Shown: positions 28,766 through 43,665 of the stretch, in pieces
Position numbering within the stretch: position 1 is the stretch's first letter
How the letters are laid out: every line of letters starts with the position of its first letter
Made by a program: the position numbers and the translations under genes
From: Bacteroidia bacterium
GTDB lineage: Bacteria > Bacteroidota > Bacteroidia > M30B66
Reading direction: 5' to 3'
Length of the DNA stretch: 64,000 bases
NCBI GenBank assembly: GCA_965279035.1
Contig: CBDIHM010000003.1
Coordinates: forward strand, 1 to 64,000
Notes under the pieces: model-generated
Told to the model about the DNA's origin: nothing
What the model saw: only the letters and a program-made list of their open reading frames with translations
Database searches by the model: none

Positions 28766-30824
28766 TCATAACTTCTACTTAGAAAAGTTTATTTAGATTC
28801 TTCTATAAAATATAAGATTGATAAATACTTTCCATCGATATCTATTCCATTTAGATTAGCTAAGACAGTTATTGCTACTTCAAGAGAAGAATATTTGATT
28901 ATACAAAGATGCTTATTAGTTCCGTTTGCTACAAACCTTTAAAAAAAAAAAAAATTATGAACAATATATACTTATGTAATTTAATGGGTCCAAAACTTTA
29001 GAAATATTAGAGAATAACTTATGATTGGCAAGATAACTTACTAAGATTAGAAACTTAGATAGTATCACAAGGTGGGGCAAGAGTATAAGTTGAGTCAGGT
29101 TTAATTCGATTAGTCTCTTCACAACCTTGAAAGTATTCTTCTCCAGATTTCACATCTGGAAATATTTCACCAGCTTTGGGTGGTTAGGTTTTTAGAGATA
29201 TTTCTTCATAATTCGAAAAAAATATCTATCAATTATAAAAATAATTTACTTTCATTGTTTATCCATAAAACGAAATATCATTTAATGATTCCTTAGCTAT
29301 TGCTGCATGATCTTAAGTAAAATATTGAACAAGAGCACTTGATCTTTCTTTCAAATAAATTAACTTATCAATATTTCCATAAGTACTAAACAAATTATAT
29401 AGCATAAGCGAAGTAACTACCTTTTTATCGAACCATCTAGCGTAGATGACTTTAGATTTTCTAGCTATTATATAAATATTTTAAATTTACCTTTCATAAA
29501 AAGTGGATTAACGTATTCTTCTAATTTATCTGATAAAGTTTAACTTTAACTTTAGCTTTTAGATTGTTAATTTTATTAGAGTCTTGAATTAGTTATTAGT
29601 TGATCAATATTATCGACACTTTTAGATGACTTCTCTTAAGCATTTAGTTAAGTTTATTTCTCCATGTATGAGACAAGTTTCGATGAATCGCCTTGATTCG
29701 ACATGTCTTAATTGAGTTTTTAAAGGATGCTCTATTTATCTTTTTCACTCATTTCTTTTTATTGATTATCATGTTTAAAGTAAGTGAATAAGTCATTATC
29801 TTCCTCCTCCTGATAGTCTTCCTCTTCTGACCCATCTGCAGAATCTTTGAAGTTTAAACCATCAAAATTTAAATCCTCTAACTTCTACTGATAATTAAGG
29901 GGCTTTCCTTCACTTTAATACATTTTATTGGGGATTGGTTCGTTAAATTTATCCTATGTCTAACTATGATAGATATTATCTTTAGGTTCTGTTTCATTAA
30001 AGGATTGAATAAATTCAATAGGATCACCCTTAGTATTTTTTTCAGCTGTTGGCAATGTTAGTTTCTTTCTTTATTTTTAAGTTTAATTGGAGGTTGTAGA
30101 TGTTGATTATTATTCATCAGATTTAGTGAGACCTTATAAGAAATTCTAATATCCATCGGTAAGGTTCTAAAAATTTGATTATTAATCAGCTATGTCTTTG
30201 AGTATAGATTACTATTTCTCTATTTGATTCTAAAGATCCTAAGATTAAAGTGTCTAAAATCCATCAGCACAAACTTATTAAAGTTAGTTCATCAGTGTAT
30301 TCAGTGACTATATTTGTTATTGCATTTAGTGTTAAAACTACAATTGAGATTGTAAAAGCTAGTAGTTAAATGTAATAGCTTATGGTGCTTATTTAGGTGC
30401 CTCTTTCTGTTTTTATCTAAGGACAGTATAATCTAGATAAAAAAAAAAAATAATGAATAAATGTGAAAAAATTTACCTACACCACCTGTATTATTTTCTT
30501 AGAAAGTGATAAATTATAATTTACTGGCATATACGTTCATGACAAGTGTCGAATCATCACAAAAATATTTATCATTCATTGCTAATCTAGCTCTAACAGC
30601 AGACTCTGGATTATCATATTCAACAAATGTTTTCCAAGTAAGTGACCTTTCAAATATAAGCATCTTTATATAGTATTATTTAATACCCTTTAAATTGTTC
30701 CAAATGGACTGAAAACCTTAAAATATTTATCATGACCAAGTGTTTTATTAGCCTTATTTGTTATAACAACAAGTATAACATTTGTACGAGGAGGATCTTA
30801 ATTGCGATCAGCTTGAGAGCTCAT
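28766..30824 (-). CDS. PTB/hnRNP-L-like RRM RNA-binding protein
   Basis: RTNVILVVITN...FSPFGTIQRMLIFE...TFVEY; long Q/acidic linker; MLYNLFSTYGNIDK...ALVQY; LAPPCDTIQVSNL. Confidence 0.88.
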
Positions 30825-31017
30825 TTAAGTCGATTTATATAAATAAAAAAAAAAAAAAGAAGAAGATTTAATATTATCAAATGTTATTTATTTTCTTTTT
30901 TTTTCCTCCTCATTGATATTAGATTTTCTCTTGAATTTATGAAACAGTATTCTAATAATAAAAAATATCAATATATCTTGGAATCAAAATTTCCAAAATA
31001 TCAGAGTTAATACAAAA

Positions 31018-31971
31018 TCATATCTAATTCCTACAAACTGGGCACTAGTTTGATTAATTGAGCCATAAATCAATACAATTTCGATGAAATTCATGGCCAC
31101 ATTGTAAAGCTACTAGTTTATCCTTTTGTAAGCAAATAGGACAATCATTAGAGGTTTCTGATAGTTACAGCTTATTAAGTCTAAGGCTTATTTGAAACTT
31201 TTTATTAATCCATTTTTATAATTTTTTTATAGATTACGGAATCATAATTAACAACTTTATTATAACTAATAGTAAATGTGTTGCAAAATATATTACTCCT
31301 AAGCATATGAATAATATAATTGAAATTATTCCACAAAAACTCAGGAAAAATACAGGCAAATCGAATAAAATAAGACAAAACTCAGCTTAAATTAAATCTC
31401 TGCTACTGCTAATAATCCTCCAAAAATATTCTATAAAAATATAGATATGAATGATCTAGCTTATCAGTAAATATAAAAATATTCCGATTTCCTTTTTAAT
31501 CATAATCGCAATTAACTAATATTTCAAGTATTTGGCAATTTCTCTATCTATTTTATAAAGCCTTATCCTATATTAATCTTAAGTTCTTTATATTTCTTTA
31601 ATAAGTCCTCTCATTACTACGATTCTGCTTTATGATGATTTTTTAAAAATGCATTATTCCTCCGAATCAAAAACATAGTAAACATATAAATAAAAGCCTC
31701 CTTATGTCAATAGGCCATACATGAAAGCCCGAGGTATAACATAAAATATTCCTACAATTCCCATTACTAATTTATATACTCCTAAGATGGCTGAGGTTAT
31801 TTTAATTTTCTTCAAAGTCTTCCTGCCCACTTATACACATTATGAGAATTCGTTGTTCTTCAAAAAATCTAAGAATAGCACACAAATCTCTTAAAATATA
31901 ACCTCTGAAGGTTCCTATTCATTTTAATTAAGATGAGCTCTTGATGATTAAGTATGGGATGTATTTAACAT
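31018..31971 (-). CDS. Transmembrane RING-H2 E3 ubiquitin ligase
   Basis: C-terminal CPICL...CGHEFHRNCIDLWL...CPVCR; upstream hydrophobic segments; needs one intron (a 31-nt GTA..TAG candidate exists). Confidence 0.82.
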
Positions 31972-31981
31972 AATTTAATAA

Positions 31982-33055
31982 TCATTATAATCTTTATTTT
32001 CTTTCATGCTACTCATCTTAAACCTATCCAAATCTCCTCTCAACCATCTCCTCTAATTAGGTTACCAAAATTTATTCCGACCTTCTTCCCTAAGTGGCAT
32101 AATTGTATTCATTTTAGAATGTTGCACATAAGACGACTGCTTAATCGTACAATTAAGTGGCTCTTTATAATTTATTTGATGATTATTAAGCAATGGCTGA
32201 TTATGATCCAATACATTGGCTTAATCCATTTAGTACTTTTTCAAGTCTATCATGTTATTTAACAATTCTAGTGCTAGTTGTACGAAGTCTTTCTTTTTAA
32301 TCATTGAACAATTAGACTGCAACAGCATTACCTACAGCATAATCATCGAAAGCATCCTTGACTTATTTTCTCAAAGTGTCTAATAATTATGAAGCTCTCT
32401 CTAGGGATGTCTCATCGAAATTGCTTTCAAATGATTTTCCAATTCTGGCTAATTATGCCAAAACTTATGCATACCCATTAAATAATTTAATATTTAATGC
32501 GTTTTGGAGTAATTTTCTAGATATCTTTGAAACCTCAATTAATGAACCTGCTCCACTGTAGAGGGATGTAATTATATCTTAAGCCTCCTCAATAGCATAT
32601 AAGCTGTCTTAATAGTCTTATGATCTTTTTTTGTAATAGGCTTCCTCCTAATCTCTGGCTAAAACTATCAATTCCATTTATTGGTTATTAGTGAAGGATT
32701 ATCTTTCATTTACCTCAAATGAGCTTGATGCTCTAACTTTTTAGGTTGTACATGCTTTTAATTAGGCTGAAGAGTCTCTTAACACATTAGAATTCTAATT
32801 AATTTCTTTTTATCTAAATTCGTGTTCTGATGAACATTCTTTTTATTAAACATCATATATTTCATCATGTGATATTTGCTCTAAATTAATTGCATCTCTG
32901 AACTCATTCAAAACCCTAATAATAGCGTCAAGGGGTGATTTTGAGGCTAATTTACTCTCAATTGTAGCCATCACTGTACTTATTGACCTTCTTGATGAAT
33001 AATCTAACTTAGCAAATGAAAGGATAAGAAGGGTTGTTAAGAGAATGTATTTCAT
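31982..33055 (-). CDS. Trichocyst matrix protein precursor (TMP/Grl family)
   Basis: Signal peptide; SPLDAIIRVLNEFRDAINLEQISHD...EC; twin coiled-coil halves with spaced Cys; GSLIEV linker; YNYATQGRRSE near the end. Confidence 0.9.
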
Positions 33056-33221
33056 ATTAAATTTTTGTTTTTGTTATATCGTTTTCTCCACATTTATAAA
33101 AAAAAGTTTGTTTTTGTGAACTAACGTAAACACTATTTTAGATAGAAAAATATTAATAATCTCTAAAAATTAAAACAAAATAAATAAATAAAATTTTAAA
33201 TAAAATAATAAATAAATTTAT

Positions 33222-34151
33222 TCATTTTTAATAAATATCTATCCCAGCACTGATAAGACTCTTAATAACTAGGTCTTAAAATTCCTCTAAACTAATATTT
33301 CCATCTCCATTTGTATCTGTTAACGCCATCCATTGAATGAGATCATCCTTTGTTGGTGTTTTCTACATACCACATTACTTAAAGGTCTCCTCTAATAGCT
33401 TATGGGCCTCATTTTCATCAATTTCTCCAGAGCCATCATTATCAAACCTTTTAAATAACTATTTTGCTTTATCTAATCGATCTTATGCATACTATGTATA
33501 TTATTTCTTCTTAATTTATCTCTAAAATACTATATTAATCTAGTTTTATGTCTTTAAGATATAAAAATTTTATACAAAATATTTTATACATAATGATTCA
33601 AAATCTGCAAGTGTAATTTATCTATTTTTAGTTGCATCTAAGACATCCGCGTATTGATCAATATCTTATTTTGATGGTGAAAATCTTTAACCCATAAATT
33701 AATAATTATTCATCATCATCTAAATCACTAATTTTTTATAGTTTCTTACACTCCTAATCATTTAATTATCCACTTTTGTCTTTATCATAATATGAAAATA
33801 TTGATTATGCAATAAATCTGGCTTGCTCTTAATCCATTAAAGAAAAATTATATTATAAATCAAACAATTCCTTAGGTTCGAATATATGCCTTTAAAAAAG
33901 AAAATTCTTCATCTAAATAGTTAATTTTGGATATTAGAACTTTAAGACATTCTATTCGATTAATCATTTGATAACTAGTTGATGAATTTATAAACTTTTT
34001 TTCTTAGTCAATCTGAATAGTTACCTATTTCTGTAATTGATTCATTTAACTAGGTTAATATGTTTTCACACTCCTTTATTTATGTGATCTTACTACCTTT
34101 CAATAACAATTGCTATATTAGCTATAAGTGATCGAAAAATTCATTATCCAT
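33222..34151 (-). CDS. EF-hand Ca2+-binding protein (4 EF-hands)
   Basis: Loops DKDKSGQLNDQE, DATKNRQITLAD (degenerate), DNDGSGEIDENE, DTNGDGNISLEE. Confidence 0.87.
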
Positions 34152-34231
34152 TAATGGTATTTATCAGTTTAATTTCTTAAGTTTTCTTTTATTATGTATA
34201 AGAGTTCATAAATAATTTCTTTTTGAAAAAG

Positions 34232-35185
34232 ATGTTTAATCGACTAAAATTTTCGGATTACAATTAAGGATAGTATTTTGAATTTCTTCGACACATAAGT
34301 GCCTTTAGAAAGAAAATAAATTTAGAGATTGATTATTTGGAATAATTGCTTTATAATCATGCAGAAATGGTTTTATAAAAATCTGATGAGTCCAAAAAGA
34401 TTATAGACCTCACCTATATTTATCATGACAACATTAACGATGATAAGTGTTTAGATTTGATTTCCTCTAATGTTTCTAAAGAATTCAACTATAAGGAAAA
34501 ACTTATATTAAAAGAAAAGAGATTGATCGACATTGCAGTACCTGTTTAAAGGCTCAATGGATTAGTTAGAACATTTAAATACTACATAAAGTAGATTTTT
34601 AGTTAAAAATAAACATTTGATTTAAGTTTAAAAGAGTAATAATCAGGAGAGTTATGGAAGTATTAGAATGTAGCAAAGGATGCTAAAGGGTTAGTCGCAA
34701 CTAAGCTCACCCCAAAATAATTTTTTGCTGACAATTTTCTCTGTTTGAAATAATCATACCTAACTGGATTGTATATTTGCAATACATTTGAGGGCACCAC
34801 CAATTTTGGTGATAAGGTAGATTGTTAAAAGGAGGAATTTGATATGATATTCAGAATTCATGAGGGTTACAACACAAACTAGAATCTATATGAATAGGGG
34901 ATTACTTTAAAATTTTAACAAGGTGTAGCATATAAGAATTCATGCTTCTAAATTAAACTTAATGAGTGCGTGATGTTAAGACCTGGTTTGATATATACAG
35001 TAACTCTTCAACCTAAGAATAAAACAGTCACACTATTTAATTTACAAGGAAAGGGTAAAGAGTCCGTTGATTCAATAAGATTTCTAAATAAAGAGGCGAA
35101 TATGAATTATTTCTCAAGTGGTCTTGGGGAATTGAAGACCTACACCACTTATTCACCATTACCAGCATTAATAGTACAAGCTTGA
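34232..35185 (+). CDS. Hypothetical protein with C-terminal PHR-like beta domain
   Basis: Intronless open frame; SYLTGLYIC ... IKLNECVMLRPGLIYTVTL resembles PHR-domain motifs (inference). Confidence 0.65.
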
Positions 35186-35215
35186 TTTATATTTTTTTTT
35201 TATAAAAAAAACATA

Positions 35216-35947
35216 ATGTAAGAAAATCAAAAATTTGAAAATTGGCTTCCCCTTGAGTCAAATTCAGACGTCCTCAACAAATATTTATTTAATTTAGGAG
35301 TCAATACGGAAATTGTTAATTTTGTTGATGTACTTTCATTTGAGAAAGAATTTCTCACTCCTGGAGCTCTTGGTGTATTGTTTGTGTACCCAGACTCAAA
35401 ACTTATCAACAACTATTTCTTTAACTTAGGTGATAAGCTATTCGAAAGACCTGTTGCAAATGATCTCTATTATATGAAGTAAGAAGCTGAAAATGCATGC
35501 GGAACGGTAGCTATTTTACATATTATGGCCAACATTTTAAATGAGTATCCTTTCATATTGAATGAAGAATCCTTCATTTCGACATTCGTCTAGAATACCC
35601 TTCACTTAAATCCTGAATAAAGAGGGACTTTTTTGAAGGATTGTAAGATTGAAATAAAGAAAGAGAATGGATAAAATCAATCTCTTTAGTAAGCACATTA
35701 AGAGATTGCTGAAGAAGGGGTTGAGCCTGATATTGAGCTGAAGCCTGGTCATCATTTTGTAAGTTACATTTGGAAAGATGGATGTGTCTATGAGTTAGAT
35801 GGTAGAAAAAAAGCACCAATTAATTTTGCTGAATGTTCATAGGAAGACTTTTTGGAGAAGGTTACTGAGATATGTAAAGAAAACTACATATAATAAGATG
35901 AAAAATGTATAAGTTTTAGTATGATGGCACTTTAGATCGGTTTCTGA
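35216..35947 (+). CDS. Ubiquitin C-terminal hydrolase (peptidase C12, UCH-L3-like)
   Basis: WLPLESN, YYMKQEAENACGTVAILH (catalytic Cys), HHFVSY (His), YELDGRK (Asp). Confidence 0.93.
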
Positions 35948-35996
35948 TAATTTTATTTTATTTTATCTTTTAGTTTTTTTGTATATTAATATTAAT

Positions 35997-37155
35997 ATGA
36001 ATAAATTATTTATATTATCATTGATCGTTTTTGCTTCTAAATCTTATGTCCCATATTAGGAATAAAGGGCTATTGAAGTAGAAATGGAAAATAAGGGTAT
36101 GAGTAGGTAGGATTAGCTTGAATTTGAAAACTGGGTCCTTGAAAATAACAAACATTATGATAATGATTTCACTTTGAAGCATAGAATGTAAATTTTCTTC
36201 GAAAATAAAAAAGAAGTTGAGGTATAGTTTTAAAAAAATTACCTTTTAAAAAAATCTAGAGATACAACAGAAATCATTTTGACGAACGATAATAATTAAA
36301 TGCTTTTGCAGATTTAGATAAAAACGAATTCAGACATTTACTTTTCATGCATATGGAAATTGGAAGTGACCCAAATGAAAATCCCTTCCACCTCTTTGAC
36401 TAAGAAACAAAGCATAGAATATTAAATCATCCAACTCTTGTTGAAATGAGACAATAAGCATAATAAGGAGCCACTCTAGATTGGAGTTAATAAGTAAAAA
36501 AAAAAAATATTATCTTTTTTTAACAAAGACACCACCAGTAAGAAATCAAGGACTTTGCGGATCATGTTGGGCTTTCTCAGGAGCTGATGTCTTTGCTAGT
36601 AGAGCAAGCTTAGTATCTAAAAATATACCTTTGAAACCAGTTTCTACCTCATATATTTTAGATTGCATGAGAGATGAAAAATGCGACGGATGTAATGGAG
36701 GACTACCTGGTAGAGCAGTAAAGTTTTTAAACACTGAAGGAGCAACTACTGAAGAACACTATAGAGAATATGATGAGACATAAAAAACATGTAGGACACC
36801 TGATGTTTTATTCGGATAGAATCTTTTCTCATCATTTGCATCGGTGGATAATCCAAGTGTAGAACAAATTACAGAAGGATTACAAACTGGACCAGTTTCA
36901 GCTATATTCTATGCTAATGAAGATGTTTGGTTCTAATATGGTAGTGGAGTTTTAGATACATGTGAATATCCAAAAGATAAAAATACCCTCCATGTTGCTG
37001 TGATTGTAGGATATGATAGTGTTAATTGGATTGTCAAGAATTCATGGGGATCAACTTGGGGAAAAAAAGGATTTTTTAAGGTTAAGAAAGATTTTGGATC
37101 ATAAAATGAATAATGTAACAAGATATTCAGAGTATCATACGCATTAAAGGGATGA
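35997..37155 (+). CDS. Papain-family (C1A) cysteine protease, copy 1
   Basis: Signal peptide, I29-like prodomain (LNAFADL), VRNQGLCGSCWAF, CDGCNGG, LHVAVIVGY, KNSWG; two introns. Confidence 0.93.
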
Positions 37156-37494
37156 ATTATTAAAATAAATATCTTTTGTATTTTTTAATATTTAATATCT
37201 TTCGGTACTAGCAATCTTTATTTATTTTTTGTATTCCAGAACAAGAAGAAGGAGGAGTAATTAATAATATCTCATTTATAAACAAATTAATTTTTGTTTA
37301 CATATTAGATAAAATTTTACATTATTATATGTATAGTGATTTTATATGTCTCGTGATATTTCAGAATTTTAAGAAATTATCTTAATACATAATCTCAACT
37401 AAAATAACTCATGATAATACATAATATATATTTTATAAGAAAGTTAGAAAATGATTTTACTCTCTTAATTAGCGAGTTTAGTATTAATTTTAAT

Positions 37495-38637
37495 ATGAAT
37501 TAAAAAATTATATTATCGTTATTCATTATTATAGGGCAAGCCTATATCCATGATAATTAATTCGATCTAAGCCAAGATTTCGAGAGAACATATGCAACCA
37601 AGGAAGACCAATTAGAATTCGAAAATTGGGCCTTAGAAAACAACAGGTACTATGACAACCAATTCACACAAATGCATAGGATGCAAATATTCTTCGAAAA
37701 TAAAAGAGAAGTTGAAGTATATAATTTTTTTTTAATCATTCTAAATAAGAGATTCAATAGAAATCACTTTGACGAGCTTAAAAAGTTGAATTCTTTCTCT
37801 GACTTAGATAAAAATGAATTCCGTCATTTCATGTTTATGCATATTGAATTAGGTGACGAACCAAATCTAAGTCCTTATCACTTATTTTATCATGAGGAAA
37901 TAAACACTCATCCTTCCTTCTTAGATATGCAGAATAAGGAGGTTAAAAAAAAAAATCAAAATTTCCTTCTGCCTTAGATTGGACTCCAAATGTATTGATA
38001 ATTAATTATTTCGAAGGCTCTTCCAGTAAGGAATCAAGGACTTTGTGGATCTTGTTGGGCTTTTACGGGAGCCGACGTTTTTGCTAGTAGAGCCACACTT
38101 ATATAAAAGAGTATTCCATTAAAACCAGTATCTGTGACTTACATAATGGATTGCTTAAGAGACAATACATGCGATGGATGTAATGGAGGGCTTCCAGGAA
38201 GAGCTGTAAAATTCTTGAACACTGAAGGAGCTGTCACAGAAGACAATTACAGAAAATATGATGAAAAGTTAAGCGTCTGCAAAAAGCCAACTTCATTATT
38301 TGGTTAAAACATTTTCAAATCATTCACAACATAGGATGCTCCCACTATAGACTAAATCGAGTAAGGTCTTTAATCAGGACCTATTTCAATTATAATTTAT
38401 GCTAATGAAGACTATTGGTTCTAATATGGTGGAGGAATCTTAGATACTTGTGCATATAAGAAAGATTCTAATGTTTTGCATGTTGCAGTTTTAGTCGGGT
38501 ACGATAGTTAGAATTGGATATTTAAGAACTCATGGGGTACATCTTGGGGTGTCAATGGATATTTCAAGGTTAAGAAAGACTTTGGAAGCAAAAATAAATA
38601 ATGCAACAAGATTTATAGATTGTTTTATGCAATATGA
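37495..38637 (+). CDS. Papain-family (C1A) cysteine protease, copy 2 (tandem paralog)
   Basis: Same motifs and same two intron positions as copy 1; QGLCGSCWAF, LHVAVLVGY, KNSWG. Confidence 0.93.
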
Positions 38638-38643
38638 TCATTA

Positions 38644-39849
38644 TTCAATAAATTTCTAAATTTTATACAGCAATATTTTATTTGGCTTAAAAGCAGGTTC
38701 CTTATATTTTATAGCAGGCTTATTTTTAAATATCATAAATTACAATAATTTTCAATTTATCCTAGTCCTTGGAATTCAAATACTCTTTTAGATTCTCCTT
38801 ATCCAAGTTCAATGTTTCATTAATAACTTTTATGGGATCTTACTAATCTACATCAATCCAAATAAATTCCTAATTATAGACTTTGAAGTATTTCTTTTAC
38901 TATTTAGAATATTGTCTAGTTTATCCATAAAATTATTCCAAGAAATGGGTAATTTATTTTACTAACTATTCTTACCTTTTTGATTCAGATAAGTATCTTA
39001 TCTCTGATCTTTATCTTTTGATCACTTCTTTTAGATTTAAATATTCCTTAAACCCCAATGGGTAAGGTACTTAACTGATGTCTAATTTGTTTATTTTTAA
39101 AAATTCTTCAAATTCTTCCAATAAACCATCAAAAATCATCTAGTCACATCAAAAAAAAATATGGTAATTTATTTAGTACCTATGTTATATCTTCTTATTT
39201 AAATTATTTTAGCCAGAAAAAAGGAAATAACCTCTAACATCATATTTATTCTTTATCTGTTAATCAGAGCTTATAGGTAAATGTTAGAAATGTTTGCCTT
39301 CTGTTAAAAGAGCATACCTCAATGCTTTCTAAAAACGATAATTATCATTATCATTTATACTATTATCGTAAGATGGGCAATATTATTGAAGTACTTACCA
39401 TTTTTTTTACGATTTATTTAATAATTCTTATGCCTTTTTATCAGCCTCTTGCATTTATTCCTCTGTAAAATAAGTATGCCCTGATTCAAGCAAGTATCTC
39501 AAATAAAAACTGCATCCTCCTTCGATTAGAGGATTATCTTATTTTTCAATTTATTCAACAACTAGTTCTTTGTATCTCGAAATAATAATTTATGTACCTT
39601 TATGAACTTATTTTACCATTTGATGCATCTAGTATGCCTTAGAGAATATATTTATCACTTTTTTCATACCATCCACTTGAGATTGGCCAATTTTTGTACA
39701 TCTGTTTAAAATTGTTTTTTGAATATCAATTTTACTTATAAAGAATCTCCTAATATTATTCTTGTGTTTAGTTATTAAGCAATTTAACTTGATATTTATG
39801 ATTTCCCTCCTGATGTTACGCCAGAAATAATAATTAATTTCTTAAACAT
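38644..39849 (-). CDS. tRNA dimethylallyltransferase (MiaA/Mod5/TRIT1 family); 3' end approximate
   Basis: MFKKLIIISGVTSGGKS (P-loop), GDSLQ..MY, IEGGCSFYLRYL, ND..RFQKAL, PIGV.E, KDQRQDTY. Confidence 0.85.
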
Positions 39850-39930
39850 ATATATAACACACAATCTTAAAAAAAGAAAAATTAATATTAATAAAAACCA
39901 AAAAAATTCAAAATTTCATACACCCCTAAA

Positions 39931-41134
39931 ATGAACAATCGTCCAAACCCAAATAGATATCTTCTTCCAACAACTATAGGATAAGTTAGAAGAGAGTAGG
40001 TTACAATGGTAGACAAAAAGCATAACCGTGATTAGTTTTGCAATTCAAAAAGGCAAACTCACTTATCTAAGGTAAAATTTTTCTTTTAAAAAATGCAAAG
40101 CTAAGGCAATAGCACTAGGCTCAACCTACTAACACTATCCCCACACTTCCTCCACCTAAATCTAAAGTTTTTCAGACCAAATCAAGTTCTGTTAACTAAA
40201 CTCCTAGTCGAGATCAGCAAGTGATTGAAAAGGTAATACATATTATTAAAGGTGTAGTAATCAGCAAGTCATCCATCGAGTTTAAAGAAATAATAAGATG
40301 ACCCGGTCAAAATCTAGGATGATTAATTTGATAGCATCTCAGTCGTCTAATAGGTAAATATTATCCTAATAAATCTAAGGAGTAGTATGTCTAATACTAA
40401 AACTTTGTCTAAGACGCTCCCCGAGATCAAAACTTGCTTCAACACTAGTCCGAATAATTTGAAAATTCATCTTAGATAAGATAGGTAACCTCATATATTT
40501 ATTCCAATAGGATGAGCAAGGCTTACAAGGCACACCATCATAAAGGAGTAATCACTACATTAATGTCCCTCCACATCAAGAGTATGAAGTCGAATATTTG
40601 AATTCCTAATCTCAAGTTCAAAATAACTCACAGAATGTAAGAATACTTTAATATACAAAGGTATCTCCATAATAGAACCAAGAAGCTTGGGTAAAGAATC
40701 AGAATGGAGAAAAAATACTTTATGAGAGTGAGTTAAAGAATCCAAATCTTGTATACTCTCAAGAATCATCTTAACAACTAGTGCCCTAAGATTAAGGTGG
40801 TTAGAATGGACAAGTTGCTCCAATGGAAACTGTGAACTAATTCCAATTATAGGGTCGATACGAATAATCTGAATCTAAATCAGTCCAATAGACACCTCAA
40901 AGAAACAGATCACCAACAGGATTCTCCACTTCATAATCTGAAAAGTATTATCAATCAGAGTGGAAGATAATGCCCTCAGATCTAAAGTTTCATATGTTTC
41001 CAAAATAACCTATTCAAACCCCCGATGAGCTTGAATTGCCCCCAATTAGTTCCTCCTCATCAAGTCAAGAGTAGGATAAGGATGATGGAATTTTTGGAAA
41101 TCTTATGGAGAGATTCAGAAATTTGTTTAGATGA
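39931..41134 (+). CDS. Hypothetical Q/P/S-rich low-complexity protein
   Basis: MNNRPNPNRYLLPTTIGQVRRE...; several small GT..AG introns; ends GIFGNLMERFRNLFR*. Confidence 0.65.
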
Positions 41135-41335
41135 GATGATCATTTATTATTAACATTATCATTCATTATTTTATTCATTGTCATATCAATTCCTTCCTTA
41201 ATAATTTTATTTATCATAATATTCATAGCAGATTCATTATTTCATTCCTTATTTCATTCATTATTTTATTCATATAATATAAGATTTCTTTTTTTGTTAT
41301 GTATATTATTGAAAAAATATAAAAATATTCACATA

Positions 41336-42675
<1,340 letters not shown>

Positions 42676-42729
42676 TTTAAATTAAAAGTTTTTTTTTTTT
42701 AATGAAATAAAAAATGATTAGAATTTTAT

Positions 42730-43646
42730 TCAATTTTTTGATATAATAATACAAGATATATTATCCTTACCATATTCTTACTCAATAGTTTATGCTATAA
42801 TTGAATCAATAATCGAATCTAGTATCTATGGTAATGATTTTCCTTAATTTATTCTTTCTAAAATAACGTCCATAATCCCACTATTTGTCCAAGTTTACCA
42901 AAAACCTTATTATTTAATATTTTATTTACCATGACTTCCTAATAAAATTAGCTTAGTCTCCCTGATATCAACATACTTTAAACTAGGAATGTTAATAAGC
43001 AATTATTTTTCAGCACTTAATTAGGTATTATTTTTGTATCTTATTTAAAAAAAAAAAATTATACTCAAATCCACCTAACGCTCTACTAAATGGTAAATGG
43101 GCATTAAGTCTATTCTCCCAAACCTCTCCTCCAGCTGCAATAATCCTTTATTTCTCCTCATCAAAAAATGGATAATGATCAACTGACATCACTTTGTGTT
43201 TTTATTGATATTGTATAACACACCTTGCTAGCTTTTTTATTGAATCAATCATTTACTCCTAAATTTGAAACATAGCAACTTTATTCTGTAATTAAACATA
43301 GAATTAAATTAGATGTCTCGTATTAAATTTTATCATATATTTGTTTGAGTTATTTATCTAATGTATCATAAATATTTGCGATTGCAATATCATAATTCCC
43401 ATTTTTGTAATCATTATCAGCAATTAAAATTTCCACTATATTTTATTCAATAAAATTTCCAACAGCAGATCCTCCCTACATTTCAATGATTCCGAATAAA
43501 CTGTTATTTTTGTCGAATTATGGTTTTATGATAAGCTTTTCTTCCAGTGCTATCTTCCAACCTTAAACTTATTGAAAAGCGAATTTGAACTCATCATTGT
43601 GTCCTTGTATTTTATTAAGATCTGGCTTTGATAAATACAATCCCAT
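42730..43646 (-). CDS. PP2C (PPM)-family protein lacking most metal-binding Asp (pseudophosphatase)
   Basis: MGLYLSKP, QGWKIALEEK, LFGIIEMQGG, VSNLGLARC, MSVDHYP..EEKQRIIAAGG, SRALGGFEYK, LLGSHG, GKDNISCIII. Confidence 0.88.
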
Positions 43647-43665
43647 AAATATATAAATATTTTTA

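Noticed and set aside
31461-31485. Apparent non-canonical GA..AG intron or in-frame TGA in the RING-H2 gene
   Set aside because: A canonical 31-nt GTA..TAG intron further along the gene gives a continuous frame without it.
31960-32040. Possible in-frame fusion of the trichocyst protein with the RING-H2 gene
   Set aside because: The TMP frame ends at TGA 31,982-31,984; the open frame running into the next ATG is a different frame.
34148-34157. CCATTAATGG palindrome giving divergent ATGs 2 nt apart
   Set aside because: The plus-strand ATG at 34,154 hits TGA and could not be spliced into the frame of the downstream gene; ATG 34,232 is preferred.
41135-41275. ATTC/ATT-rich repetitive intergenic tract as a CRISPR-like array or ncRNA
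   Set aside because: Low-complexity and irregular, with no repeat-spacer period or stable structure.
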